64,000 nt of DNA from Lama glama (taxonomy: Eukaryota): positions 45,758,001 through 45,822,000 of the forward strand of contig CM052818.1 of the NCBI GenBank assembly GCA_028534125.1. Direction: 5' to 3'. Positions 47,786 to 59,920 of this stretch are shown piece by piece; the stretch's first letter is position 1; every line of letters begins with the position of its first letter. The notes beneath the pieces are model-generated. The model was not told where the DNA came from and did no database searches. It saw only the letters and a program-made list of their open reading frames with translations. The position numbers and the translations under genes were made by a program.

Positions 47786-50700
47786 TAGCTCACTGTAAGG
47801 GGTGGACAGAGCAGGTTTTCCAGGTAGCATGTGTGTGCGGGCACCCGTGCGCACGTGGATGAGGGAGCAGTGACGCAGACCGAGTGGGCTGGGGGGAAGG
47901 CGTGGAGTTTGGGAAGACCGTGAGTGTGGCTGCATCTGAGTCAGAGGGAGTCCGGGGAGCCTGGAGGAGGGTTTGCTACGGGGAAGGTTCTGTCAAGCCA
48001 TGCTGAGGAGCTGGGTTTCCAGGAATGGGGACGCGTTGCACCAGGCAGAGCCGATACCCTGACTCTCAGGGAAACCACATGCCTGATTTGCCCAAGCAAC
48101 AAACCTCTCCAGCCACAGTAATGTCCACGGCTGTTCCCAAGTCCCTCAGCCCATTGAGCCCTCCTGTCCCTTATGACTTAAATAAAATAGCTTCAAGCAT
48201 TCATGTGCTGCCCTCATCCAACTGGAAATCTGCATCCTTCCCGGTATCATCAGGGATTCCCCTTAGGGAAGGACATATTCCCCCGTCACCGCCAGCTCCC
48301 AGACCTCCTTGTGCCGATTTCTCCTCCTCTCCTCACCTCCTCAGCATGGACTCCCCTTGGACGAGCCCCACTCCTTCACGGCCAAGTGTGTGGACACCTT
48401 GACTGAAAGCCACACTGAAGGAGGCGGTATAAGTGATAGCAACATGAAACAGAACATTCCTGTCCTAAAAGCCGGAGTTTTCTGTCCTCCAGGAATTGTT
48501 CTCCGAGCAGTGCCCCCCACTTCCCTCCTCCCCGGCTCCCTCTGCCCCTGAGTGGGGACTAAGTTACCTCTGTCCCACTCTGACCTCATGGTATCCAGGT
48601 CCTGGGGTCTCTGTCTCTACAACTAGTGGCCCACATGCAGGTGATTCTCCTCCAGGAATAGCTCCGCAGCCGGCTCTGGGGCGGGCCACACTTTTTTCCC
48701 TCTGTACCAGCACTGAGTAGAAAATGTATCAGGGTTGTAATATATACAGAGACTGTCCTCCAAGGAGTGAGCTCCCCAACTTGAGATGCACCCAAGCCAG
48801 GCAAGGCAGAGATCCACCACGGGTGTGGAGTGACTCCTGCCAAGGGTGCACTGGCTGCCAGGGCCCCAGTCTTGAGATTCTGGGAGCTCAGGGCCACACT
48901 GTCTCCACAGCCTTGGGCAGTTCCTGCCAGGACCCCACGGTGCCTCCAGACTGCATTACTGCACTTGGCAGCCCATTCTCCCACGGAGCAGCCGTCTCCT
49001 CACCAGGAACTTCCTTAGCTCTTGCCTAGGTTGGCCATGCTCTCTGCCCAAAATCCAGGTACAAGTCCTCATGATGCAGGCTTAGCTTGGTACCCCACTA
49101 TTCCAGCATGTACACCAACCCAGTAAGCGCAGAGCCTGCCAGGGGATCATTCTGAAGGTCATGGCTCCACATCAAGGATCTACTGAGATGGCAGCCTCAC
49201 GGGCTGGCCAAGGGCCCGGGGAGGGATACCCTAATTCCTTTTCTTCAGTGAATGCTCATTGTCTTTTCTTGTCCATATTCATCAGCAGCGTAGGTCTCCC
49301 ATCCTCTCTGGCACTGGGAAGCCGCTTTGACAGGCCCACGCAGGGGTTAACCTCAGGGAAGTGAGGCCTCAGCAGGAAATCCTAACTCATCACGCCAGCC
49401 TCCCTCCAGGGCCTCCTCACACTCCCACTTCCGGACTACATGCAGCTCGTCCGGCCACTCGCTTCCTCCTCCTGGGCTTGTTTACGGGGGCTTCCTGAGG
49501 CCTCGAGCTCTCCAGGCACCTGGATACCCCAGCATTTGGGCTCAAGAGGAGGCTTGAGAAGTTATGGTGGCTCTTAGGTAAAGTGGCCCCTCACCCCTGT
49601 GGAAAGACAGCTTCCCAGTAGCGGGGCCCCTGGCCTAGGCAGCGATTACAGATCCAGGGAGGCCTGACTCCCCGCCGGGTGGGAACCTTTGACCTCTGAT
49701 TTGTCTGCCGTCAAGGCCTGACCCTAGATCTTGGGCCACCTGAGTTAAGAGCTGGCACACATGGGCCGTGGTGACAATCTCTTGCACACATATTCACAAA
49801 GCACCTTTTCCTTCGTTACCTCCTTGTGATCACCCAGGCAGGGACCATTTATCTCCATGGGAGATCAGCCTCTACAGCTCTAAAATGGGAGGAATAAATA
49901 CGTCCCTAGCTGAGCTGTTTTAAGAATTAGAGGTGATGATCCCCAAAAGATGACCGTGAGAGGCAATCAAGTTATCCCCACCCAGAGCAGGTAGATTGTG
50001 GCTTGGCTGGGCCCAACCTTTCTTTCATGTCAGAAGCAGTTTGTGTGTGATGTCAGCATGGGGGTGCTTTTTATTCTATGCCCGAGGGAGAAGGGGACAG
50101 CTGGGAACGTCACACTGGGATCACATCCATCACCCCAGATGTGGGACCCCGAGAAACCTTGACGGGGGCAGGGGCTGGAGGTCGGGGGCACGGGGAGGCA
50201 CCTCCGGAACTCTGGTGTAGGAAGCGATGCTGCTGAATTTGCAGCCCCAGGCTGGCAGGCCAGCCTCAGCTGGTGTGGTCCCAGGGCGCTCTTGGAGAGC
50301 ACCCCGGCATGCAGCCAGGCCCTGGAGCATTTTCAGACACACACTCACACTTCGCTGCTCAGCCGTTTCAGAGCAGAGCTTGGAGACCATTCAAGTTCCC
50401 AACCCTCTCGTTTCCTGGCTCTGTTCATAAAGCTCTGGGCGGAGAAGGAAGGGAGCGTCCGCAGGCCCAGCGCATTCCTCTGGGTGGAGGCAGTTGGGTA
50501 GGAGTTCTGGAAGGTCCTTGTCCCACAGGGCCCACCGAGGAGGGCTTTGTCTGGTACCCACACGCAGGAAGCTCCCACCCTGGGGGTGGGCCTAGCCTGT
50601 TGCCCCTGCAGAGAGACACACCTAGGCTGATGGCCTCAGTGGCCACTGGGGAGGGGGGCAGTGGTCATGGTCAGGCAGGCTCATTTCTGTCTCAGCCTCA

Positions 50701-51204
50701 GTTTCCCCTTGTGGGGTATTAGTATGGTGGCAGTGGACTGACAGAGATGCAGATAAAATAGCCCAACGAGCCTCTCTGGATTACAGCAAATGACTGTTGG
50801 ACTCCAGATGCCCTGGCTGTCTGGATCAGAGAGTGGGGTTGGGGAGAATTTGTTCCCAAGATTGTCCCATTCAAGTGTAGATCCCACTCCTCATTTAGAG
50901 GACATGAAAGGGTTGAATGACCCCATCCCCATCCAGAAAGTGGACATGTTATTCATTAATTCCTTTCAACAAACCCCTGCTGACAGAGCTGGTCCCAGGA
51001 CTGTGGACACAGTGAGCTTTTGCTGTCCTCCCAGAGGACACAGTCTGGGGAAGGACAGTTGACCTCGCACTAGGCACCGGGCCAGAGGGACTGCATGGGG
51101 AGGAGGGGGCCCTGGGCAGACAGGCACTTCATCTGAGGGTCAGAACCCTGCCTCTTGGCCATGTTTGGGCTGAGCTTCAAGGAAGAAAGGAAAAAAGGAA
51201 GAGA

Positions 51205-51251
51205 AAAAGAGAGAGAGAGAGAGAGAGAGAGTGTGTGTGTGTGTGTGTGTG
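51205..51251. repeat. Compound (GA)n(GT)n microsatellite
   Basis: gagagaga...gtgtgtgt. Confidence 0.9.
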
Positions 51252-51597
51252 TTGATATGGTTGGGGTGGTGCAGAGATCCGGAAGAAAATGCATGGATCA
51301 TGAAAGCCTGGAGCATGAGGGGGTGTGGACAACCGGTCTCTGTTTCCACACACAGATAAGTGGGAGGTGGGGCCAAGACCTATTTGCAAGGCTAGATTAT
51401 CAAGGGCCTTGCGGGCCATGCTAAAGGGTTTGCATTTTATTCTGAGAATCCAGAATAAGCGTTGATAGGATCTGGGGGAACGGGCAGTCACATTGCCTCT
51501 GACCACGACAGCAGGTTGGCAGCTGTAAGGCTGAGGGCTTGGAGACCAGTGTGTAGGCAGCTGCAGTCATTCCCTGCTGCAGAGAAAAAAATGGGGA

Positions 51598-52145
51598 TGT
51601 CAGCTTTCTCTGCTGTGTAACAAATTACCACAAACTTAGAGGCTTAAACCAACATACATTTATTATCTCAGTTTCCATGAGATATGAAAAGAGGAGTCTG
51701 GACTTGGCTTAGCTGGGTCTGGGTCTCATGAATCTGCAGACCAGGCAGCATTTGGGCTGTGCTCTTATGTGGAGGCTCTAGTGGGGAAGAATCTGCTTCT
51801 GTGATCTCAGGTTGTTGGCAGAATTCCTTCCCATGGGGCTCCGTGACCAAGGGCCCGACCGCTCACTGGCTGTCAGCTGGAGGCCACGTTTCCTTGCCAC
51901 AGGCCCTCTCCTTAGACAGCACAACGTGGCAGCCCATTTCCTCCATGCCAGCAGGAGAGATGCGCTCGCCAGTCAGCCAAGGCAGAGTCTTATATGACAC
52001 AATGTGGTCATGGGAGGGGCCTCACCTTTGGTATAACCCGCTGGCTAGAAGCAAGACACAGGTGCCATCCACACTCAAGGGGAGCAGCTCATACGGGGCA
52101 TAACACCAGGGTGGGAGATCATCAGGCCATCTTCCGGGCCACCTT
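51598..52145 (-). mobile_element. MLT1 (ERVL-MaLR) solo LTR
   Basis: tgtcagctttctctgctgtgtaacaaattaccacaaacttagaggcttaaaccaacatacatttattatctcagtttcc is the typical antisense MLT1 terminus; right boundary approximate. Confidence 0.75.
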
Positions 52146-53014
52146 CTGTTTCCTTGTATTCGCACTCTTCACTATCTCTCAAAACCTAGAAAGGAGATCT
52201 CATATACAAACCTACACGCATAGCTGGGTGGGGGCCTGGAGCGCTCCTCCCTCCCCTTCAAGTATCCTGGGGAGTTTAGAGGCTGCAATGAAGTTGCACA
52301 AAACTCTTCTCTCACACATCAATTCCTCTCCAGGAATTTACCTGAGTGCCAAAAGGCCTCATTAGAAAAATGTGACCAAGATCTAACCAGCCCCTCTCCC
52401 AGCAAGGGGCCCACATCAGCCAGTCATAATTCTGCATTCTTCGGGTCACAGGAGTTGGTTAAAGGGGAGCATGTGACATGGGCAGACCAATGGGGCTTCT
52501 TCCAGGACTTGCACTGGGGCTGGCCAGAATGACAGTCTCTTCCTTTCCAGGGCTGCTGTGAGGATGTGCCAGGGCCATGGGTCTGTCCCCGTGTTGGGAG
52601 CCTTTCAGCACCAGGAGAGACCGAGGCCAAAACAGAGGAGCAGAGCAGGTATAATTAGTGCCCTAATGACTCACTGAAGCCTGGATGTCAGCAGACTTCC
52701 TAACTGTGTGAGCAGGTAAATTCTGTCTCTTTTTTTTTTTCCCCTTTAGTTGAGAAGGATTTCTGACCCTTGTAACTGAAAAAGTGTCCCAGAATTAAAG
52801 CTCTTTAATGTCCCAAGTATCTACCGCTGTGGTCCAGCTCAGGGCAAGGGGAGTTGAGCCCGGAACCTTCTCTGAGGAACTTCCCGAGAGACCGCTGACA
52901 AGTGACTAGGAGGCTGGACCTCCTTCACCCTGGGAAGCCGCCAGCACACTGTGGGAAAGGCTGGCATTCCCATTCGGGAAGTGAGTGGAGGCTTGGGACC
53001 ATGCTCTTCAGCAA

Positions 53015-53850
53015 TTTTTTTAGAAACCAGCTTTAAGATATAATTTCTGCTCGATGAGCTACATCCACTTAAAGCGTACAACTCATGAATAGTGATGAAT
53101 GTAAATACCGTGAACCCATCACCGTATTCAAGACACAAGACACTTCATCACTCCCAAGCTTTCCTGTGCTCCTTTGCAGGGAATTCCTCCCTGTCTGGGC
53201 CGCTGGCAACCACTGGTCTGCCTTTTGCCACTGTGGGAGTTCATGTACATGGAACCACATGAGATGTACTCTTTCATGTGCAGTTCCTTTCGCTGAGCAC
53301 AGTATTTCTGATATTCACCATGTGGGTGAATGTATCAGTAGTTTGGCCTTTTTGGTTTTTTGCTGAATGGTGTACCATTGTATGGATGTCCCACATTTTA
53401 TTGATCCATTCACATTTGGGTTGTTTCCAGGTTTTGGTGTTTAGGAATAAAGCTTTTAGGAAGATCATATCCCAGTCTTTATGTGGATGTATGCTCTCAT
53501 TTTTCTTGGGTAATACCTAAGAATGGAATTGCTGGGCCATATGGCAAATGTCCATTTACCTTTATCAGAATCTGCCAAGCTGTTTTTCCGCAGTGTTTCC
53601 ACCATTTTGCGCTCCCAACAACGTACGAAAACCTCAGTTGCTCGGCCAGTTCACCAACATGTGACATTGTCAGACTTGTTAGCTGTAGCTGTCGAATGGG
53701 ACGGAAGTCACATGTTAACTGTGGTTTTAATGTTTGTTTCCCTGATGTTAGCGATCCTGAGTTTCTCTTCGTGTGTTTATTGGCCTTGGCATATCTTCTT
53801 TTGTGAGGCGTCTGCTTGAATCTTGCCAATTTGTTTTTGGTTGAGTTGTC
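53015..53850 (-). mobile_element. L1 3' region (L1MB/L1MC-like)
   Basis: Minus-strand peptides KTWKQPKCEWINKMW and LPYGPAIPFLGI are L1 ORF2 C-terminal remnants; cagctttaagatataattt 3' terminus. Confidence 0.85.
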
Positions 53851-54954
53851 AGGATCCTATTCTCAATGTCAAAGCCACCTCCTGTATGTTCCCACGCTGA
53901 GGAGGCTGACACACTGATTGTGTCTGTGTGCACACACATGTGCACCTGCACTCCCCCCTCCAATTCTTTCCACCAGCGTGAGAGGAGGCTGACTCCCATT
54001 TCAGCCTCATTTCCGCTGTCCCGTGAGAGGACGTGCACAGGGCAGATAAAACCTCCTCCATTTTATGGTTGGAGAACCTGAAGCCAGACCGACCAAGCCC
54101 ATGATGTCAGTGACACAAACCTAAGTTTCTAAGCTTTAGGGCGCTGACCCCCTGAGACGCCTTTAGTGGCCGTCCTTCAGAGAAGTCTTGTCACTGACGA
54201 GGTTCTTGAAATGCTAATGCACGCCCTGCAGCTACTCTCAGTCTTAACCAAACGTCAGGCCGGAAGGAGGGACCCACCTCCCTCCTCTTCACCCCAGTGC
54301 CTCTGCCCCCAGCCCAGCCCGGGGGGGCATCTCCACGGCTTTTCTATCCTCCTGCTCAGCACCTGGCGGAGCCCCTTTCCCGCAGCACTTCTGCAAGCCC
54401 TCCGTCTTTCCCTCCAGGTTCAAGTCCTCCCAGACGCTCTCTGGGTGCCGTCCTCTGCCCCCTGCCCCTCGCCCCTCGGAGAGCTGGCTCCTCTGCTGGA
54501 CCCGTCCACACCCAGCGAGCTAGGGCAGGGCCAGCCTTGCACCTGGTTTCCCTCTCAATGTCCCTCTCTTCCCTCCAGCCCTCTCAACCTCCCTGCTCTC
54601 TGTTCAAGGGGAGAGGCCAGTCAGCTCCGGGCCGATGGCCGCGGGGAGGACCCGGTAGGGCCGCACACGGGTGCAGCGCGGAGCCTTTCCCGAGCTCTGG
54701 ATTCCAAAAGCCCAAGCCCTCCCCCAAGGGAGGAGAAAGGGTTCGGGTCACAAAGTGCCCGTGGAGATAAAGCTGTTCTACAGCCCCGTCTGCGGCACAA
54801 CCCGGGGGCCACAGGTCCCTGGCGCCGTGCTCCTCAGAGGCCTGCTTCACCCCCAGAGCGGGAAGAGGCGCCCCGGCCTCAGCTGAGGGGCTGGGACTAG
54901 GGTCTTGCAATACTGAGGGCCACACTCATGATGCAAGGGTTCTGAGCGCCCCAG

Positions 54955-55766
54955 TGTCTCAGGCAGGGTCCACCAGGGAGAACCGGTAGGGTATGTGTGT
55001 GTGTGTGTATATGTAGCCGTACTTAGATGTGTGTGTGGATGAGTATTTCTGTGTGTGTGTCCACAGATGTGCATAGATGTGTGCATGTGTATGTATACTG
55101 CAGAGTCCAATCTTGCCAATAAGTCTCTTTATGGATATATATATGTATGAGATTTATACATAATATGTATGTAATATATTAATTATATTAATACTTAATA
55201 TTATTACACACTATTTATATAATCTAGTATTTAATATATTATATAACATCTATATACTATATTAATTACATTAATATCTAATATATAATATTTATATAAT
55301 ATACTTAATATATAATACAGTTAATGTTATTAACTCTATTGTAGAAAGAATATTAAAATATATAAATAACATTTACTTATTACATTATAATATTTGTTAT
55401 ATAAATAATATTTAAAGATAAATATCTAGGGAGCTATTTATTACAAGGAATTGACTTGCACAGTTCGGGGTGCTGGTTAGGCGAGTCAGAAGTCCACAGG
55501 GCAGGTGGCAGGCGGGACCCTCTCAGGCTCCAGCCACAGGTGGAGTTTCTTCTTCAAGGAGATTTCAGCTCTGCTCTAAGGGCCTTTCACTGGTTGGATG
55601 AGACCCACCCACATTACTGAGGGTGATCTCCTTTACTTAGTGTCACCTAACTGCAGACATTAACCATGTGGACAAAGTCCCTTCACAGCAACTTCTTGGA
55701 TCATTGTTGATTGAATACCTGGTGATGAGAGCCTGGCCAAGCTGACACGTAAAACTCACCATCACA
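54955..55766 (-). mobile_element. MLT2 (ERVL) solo LTR with internal (TG)n/AT-rich expansion
   Basis: TG...CA termini; end gcctggccaagctgacacgtaaaactcaccatcaca is the antisense MLT2 start; exact 5-bp TSD cccag at 54950-54954 and 55767-55771. Confidence 0.85.
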
Positions 55767-56594
55767 CCCAGGGGCCAAGGGCCGCTGAGGTCCTGGTGGC
55801 GAGGGGCAAGGAGCAGAGTCTCAACCTTGGTGACCATGGCTTTGAGGCATCATCAGCCTCACCCAGACCATTGCCCTGGTTCTGCCCTCGCTGCTCTGGC
55901 CCCTCCCCTTTTGGCTGCCCTGTCTGTGTGTGGTGGAGGGGTGGTCTGGAGCTGCAGAGTGGGCTCTCTAGTCCCCAGGGCTTCATACAATGCGTGCTCT
56001 TTGCTCCTCCATGGCTCAGGACTCGGATGAAGGACTCCCCATCTAGCCCAGGGGCTGAGCTAATGGGTGGTGCTCAGATCCTGTCTCCTCCAACCAGCCC
56101 TTGCCCCATGGCCTTAAGGGCAATGCCTTAGCCTGGTACACACAGCCTGGCTGCCGCCTTCCCTGGTCTTCTCCCGCCCAGACAGGAGAAGAGCAGCTCC
56201 AGTCCTTGAGCTGAGGGCCCTGCTTCCACACCGCAAAGGAAGAGCAGAGGAGGCGGGTGGAGGAGGCAGGGGGTGGCAGGTGGAGGAGGCAGGTGGAGTG
56301 TGTGACTTCAAGTTCTTTCCTCCCACCTGCTGCCCTGAAGGTTAGTGCCTATGGAAAAAAATGCTTCTAGTCCCACAGGTCACCTGCCTGGAGGTCATTC
56401 ACCTCGGATCTCTGCAGAATGTCACGTGCTGGGGAGGAGAGCTGTGGGGTTCTGGGGCCTGCTCACACCGCTGACTGTGCACACGTTAAAACAGTGCAGA
56501 TCAGCCCCACCCTTGCCCAGAGAGCTGCTTGTTAAACACTTACCAGCCCATCACTGGAGAGACCTGGGGAAGGCTGGCGTGCGGGGGCAGGGGG

Positions 56595-56994
56595 GTTAGT
56601 TATCTATTATTGAGTAACCATCTCCCCAGACGTAGTGACTTAAAATGACAGTGATTTATTACTTCTCATGATTCTGTGGGTTGAGGAGGTGGCTGCTCTG
56701 CTTCATGTGGTGTTGGCTGAGGTCACTCTGGCAGCTGTGCTCAGGCCTTCCTCTCCGGCAGGATAGCCTGACTTCCTTCCAGCATGGTGGCCAGGTTCCA
56801 GGATGGCAGGAAAGCAGAGCCTGCCAGGTCTCTTGAGGTCTAGGCCTGGGACTGGCACAGCATCACTTCCAGCACATTCTGTTGGCCAAGCAAGCCACAA
56901 GGGCTGTCCACATTTGGTGTGGGAGAGGACCCAGAAGATCATGGACACAGGAGGTGTGGTTCCCTGGGGGCCCCCAATGTAACAGCCAACCACA
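56595..56994 (-). mobile_element. MLT1 (ERVL-MaLR) solo LTR
   Basis: gttagttatctattattgagtaacc...gtgacttaaaatgacagtgatttattacttctcatgattctgtgggtt...catcacttccagcacattctgttggccaagcaagccacaag...ccaaccaca. Confidence 0.7.
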
Positions 56995-57989
56995 GGAGAT
57001 GAGAAAAGCAGACCTCAGCCACGAGGGGGAATAGGGTTTCTAAACACTACACCTCGCAGCACCAGCCGGTGTCCTGAATGACCTTGCTCCACAGCACAAG
57101 GTATGAGGGCGTTGCACCCGTCACCTCACTGGATGCTCACAGTAGCCCTGGAAGACTGGTGGGACCAGCCCCTGCTTACAGATGACAGAGCTGCAGCTCA
57201 GAAAGGTTCAGACACTTGCTCCTGGTCTCAGCTTCTCCGAAGCTGAAGCTGGCACCTGCTGGTCTGGGAGGTTGCGGAAGAAGTTCCTGCTCCAGGTGCC
57301 CATTAGGTGCTGTGGTTCTGGGACGCTGGCTCTCTGAAGGGGTGACAGCCATCCTGAGGGTCTTCCCTGGTTTAGAGGAAGGGGAAATTCTCATGGCAGA
57401 GAGGGAGAGCGAACTCCACTTCCCCCAAGTCAAACATCGGGTTCCCACCTCCTGTTCTTGGACTGTTTGCTCAGAAGGGGTTGGCCTCTAGCTAATGTGT
57501 CCGCTTTGCTGTGGTCACAGCACAGCAGTGAGTGGAGTGGAGTGAGGTCCCTGACTGTGTGGGTCTGCTGGGGGCCCAGCGCCTCAGCATCCTGGCTCAG
57601 CCATCCAGACCCCCAGGGGCCGTAATCCCGAGAGACAGGCACTGCGTCCTTGGAAAGCCACCCGCCCCACCTGGATCTCAGGTTCCCTAACCTTCAAATG
57701 AGAAATTGAACTTACGGGTCTCTGAGAGCCGTCCCATCTCCACGCCAGGTGTTGGAGCCATATGTGCACCTATACTTGGCCAAGTCTTGGCTCCTGGAGA
57801 GTCTCTTGGGCTTTTGTCCCTGACTCTGGATAATCCTTTTTTACGAAAGTGTGGTCACAATGGATGCAACAGGGGTAACTGGGTAACTGCCCTGTGCTGG
57901 GCACTGAGGACAGGAAGGTGGATAGGACCCAAATCATGGGGGAGAAGGCATGAAAACACATATTACAACTTGAGAGTAAGTATGGAACG

Positions 57990-58430
57990 AGAAAAGTCAT
58001 TTGGTGATATGCCTCAGGAATCTGTAAATGTTTATATCTTTTGAGCCAATCATTCCACTCCTGGGAATCTAACTTGAGGGACTAATCAGAAACAGGGGAG
58101 AACAAAATACTTATTGCAGCATTAAGTAGAACTTGAAAGTAACCTAAATATTTTACAGAAAACTGGTTAATTGGACCATGTCATAGATACTTAATAAATA
58201 TTTCACATCCATCAAAACTGGATGTGACAAAGAATTTTCAGAAAATGCTTTTTGAAGTTACATTAACTGAAAAATGCAGAACAGAATTGAAGAGCCAGGG
58301 TTTGAGCTACATTTAGGAGAAAATGAAAAGAGAATACAAAAAGAAGAAATTTACCACAACACTGACAGCAATCACATTTGGGTAATGGGATGAGTTTATG
58401 GGTGATTTAAAAAACTATTTTCTGTCTATT
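57990..58430 (+). mobile_element. Old L1 (L1ME-like) 3' fragment
   Basis: ttttgagccaatcattccactcctgggaatctaac...ttattgcagcatt...taacctaaat; approximate. Confidence 0.55.
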
Positions 58431-58779
58431 TTTTTTAAGTTTAATTATTTTTTCCCAGTTTCATTGAGATGTAATTGACATCCAACCGTCTTTTAAAGCT
58501 CAATTCAAAAGGAATTTCCTCCATGAAGCCTTCATAATTCCTGCGGGTAGATGTGGTCTCTCACCCTCTGGCCCCCAGAGCATGGGTTGTGCCTCTCTCA
58601 CGACATCTCCCATCTGCGCTGTGCTCACATCTGTCCTCATCTAAGCTGAGCTTCTCAGGGGTGCGGCTGTGTAGCCCACATCACTGGGTATCAGTGCCTG
58701 GCTCCGGGCCTGTCCACACCGTGCACTTAGTGGCCATCTTGATCTACTTGGGTTCTGGTTGTGGCTCATATGCCTGTGG

Positions 58780-59920
58780 TTCTCTTTGTTTTGCTTTCAA
58801 GGACTCCTTTGTAACGTGAACATTTTTCAATGGCAGCTATACCATCTATCATGGGGAAAGTACATAAAGGAAAAGAGTATCCCCTCTTTGCTCCACGAAT
58901 TCACCAGGACTCCTCGCTGTCTAACTCTTCTGGTTATGACTCACGTTTCCCTGACTTATCACATGTCCAGTCATTTTTGGCTGGATGTTCGACATTGTTC
59001 ACTGCATTCCTGAGAGTTTGAACCATGTTGTCTTCCTCTAAAGATTACCGACTTTTGTTTTGACAACTAGCTGCATTTTTCCTTTTTCACAGTAGTTTTA
59101 TCCCATCAAGACCTGTTTTTAGGCTTTGTGTGAACAGGTCTAGGGCCAGCCTTACTCCAGGGCCAGGGTCCTTCTACATTGGAAATGCTGTCTTTTCGAA
59201 AGTTCTAAAACCAGAACAGTGGTCACCAAGAGCAGGTGGAAGGTGAGAAAATGACAGGGAGTGTTTTTGGGTTACAGAAATGTTTTATATCTTGATTATG
59301 GTGTGATTACACGACTGTATGCATTTGTCAAAACTCAGAACTGTATAGCTCAAAGTGGCGAATTTTTACTGTATGTAGATAACACCTCACTATCCTAACT
59401 TTTAAAAGAGGGTGGCTTTTCTGAGGTCACAACTGAATGCCCGGCGTGTTTGGCAAGGTCTTGTCACTCTGGCTGTCAGAACTCCAATGTCCCATTATGG
59501 GGTGTCCCCAGAATCTCCCTTCAGCCCGCAGCTCCCGGGTGGCTCTGATGATCACCCTGCAGGTGTGCAGCTTAGCATTTGCTCAAAAACCCGAGGGGAC
59601 TCCTGTGCAACTTAGCGGGGCTCCTCCTCTGCATAATTCTTGGCTCAATTCTCTTCTCTGTTCTTCTGGAACCCCATAAATTCCAGCCACCTCAGCTGCC
59701 CTGAACTCCAGCCTCTGTTTTCTTTGTCCAGTGAGATCACTGTTCTCTGGGCCTCACTTCCTGTGTGTGATTTAGAAAGTGTCGGGGCTGCCCCCAGGCA
59801 GAAATGCCGGAATGAATGTGGAGCTGCCCTCATGTGTGTCCTTCCCTAGGGACCACAGCCCTGCAGTGTCGTCCAGCGCCTGAAACAGTGGCTTCATGTA
59901 ATCTGCCCAGTTTTCTAACT
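58780..59920. mobile_element. Mixed old L1 fragments (antisense 5'/ORF1 region with a nested sense 3' piece at about 59230-59410)
   Basis: cacatgtccagtcatttttggctggatgttcgacattg (antisense L1 5' region); aaatgttttatatcttgattatggtgtgattacacgactgtatgcatttgtcaaaactcagaactgta (L1ME 3' end). Confidence 0.55.
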
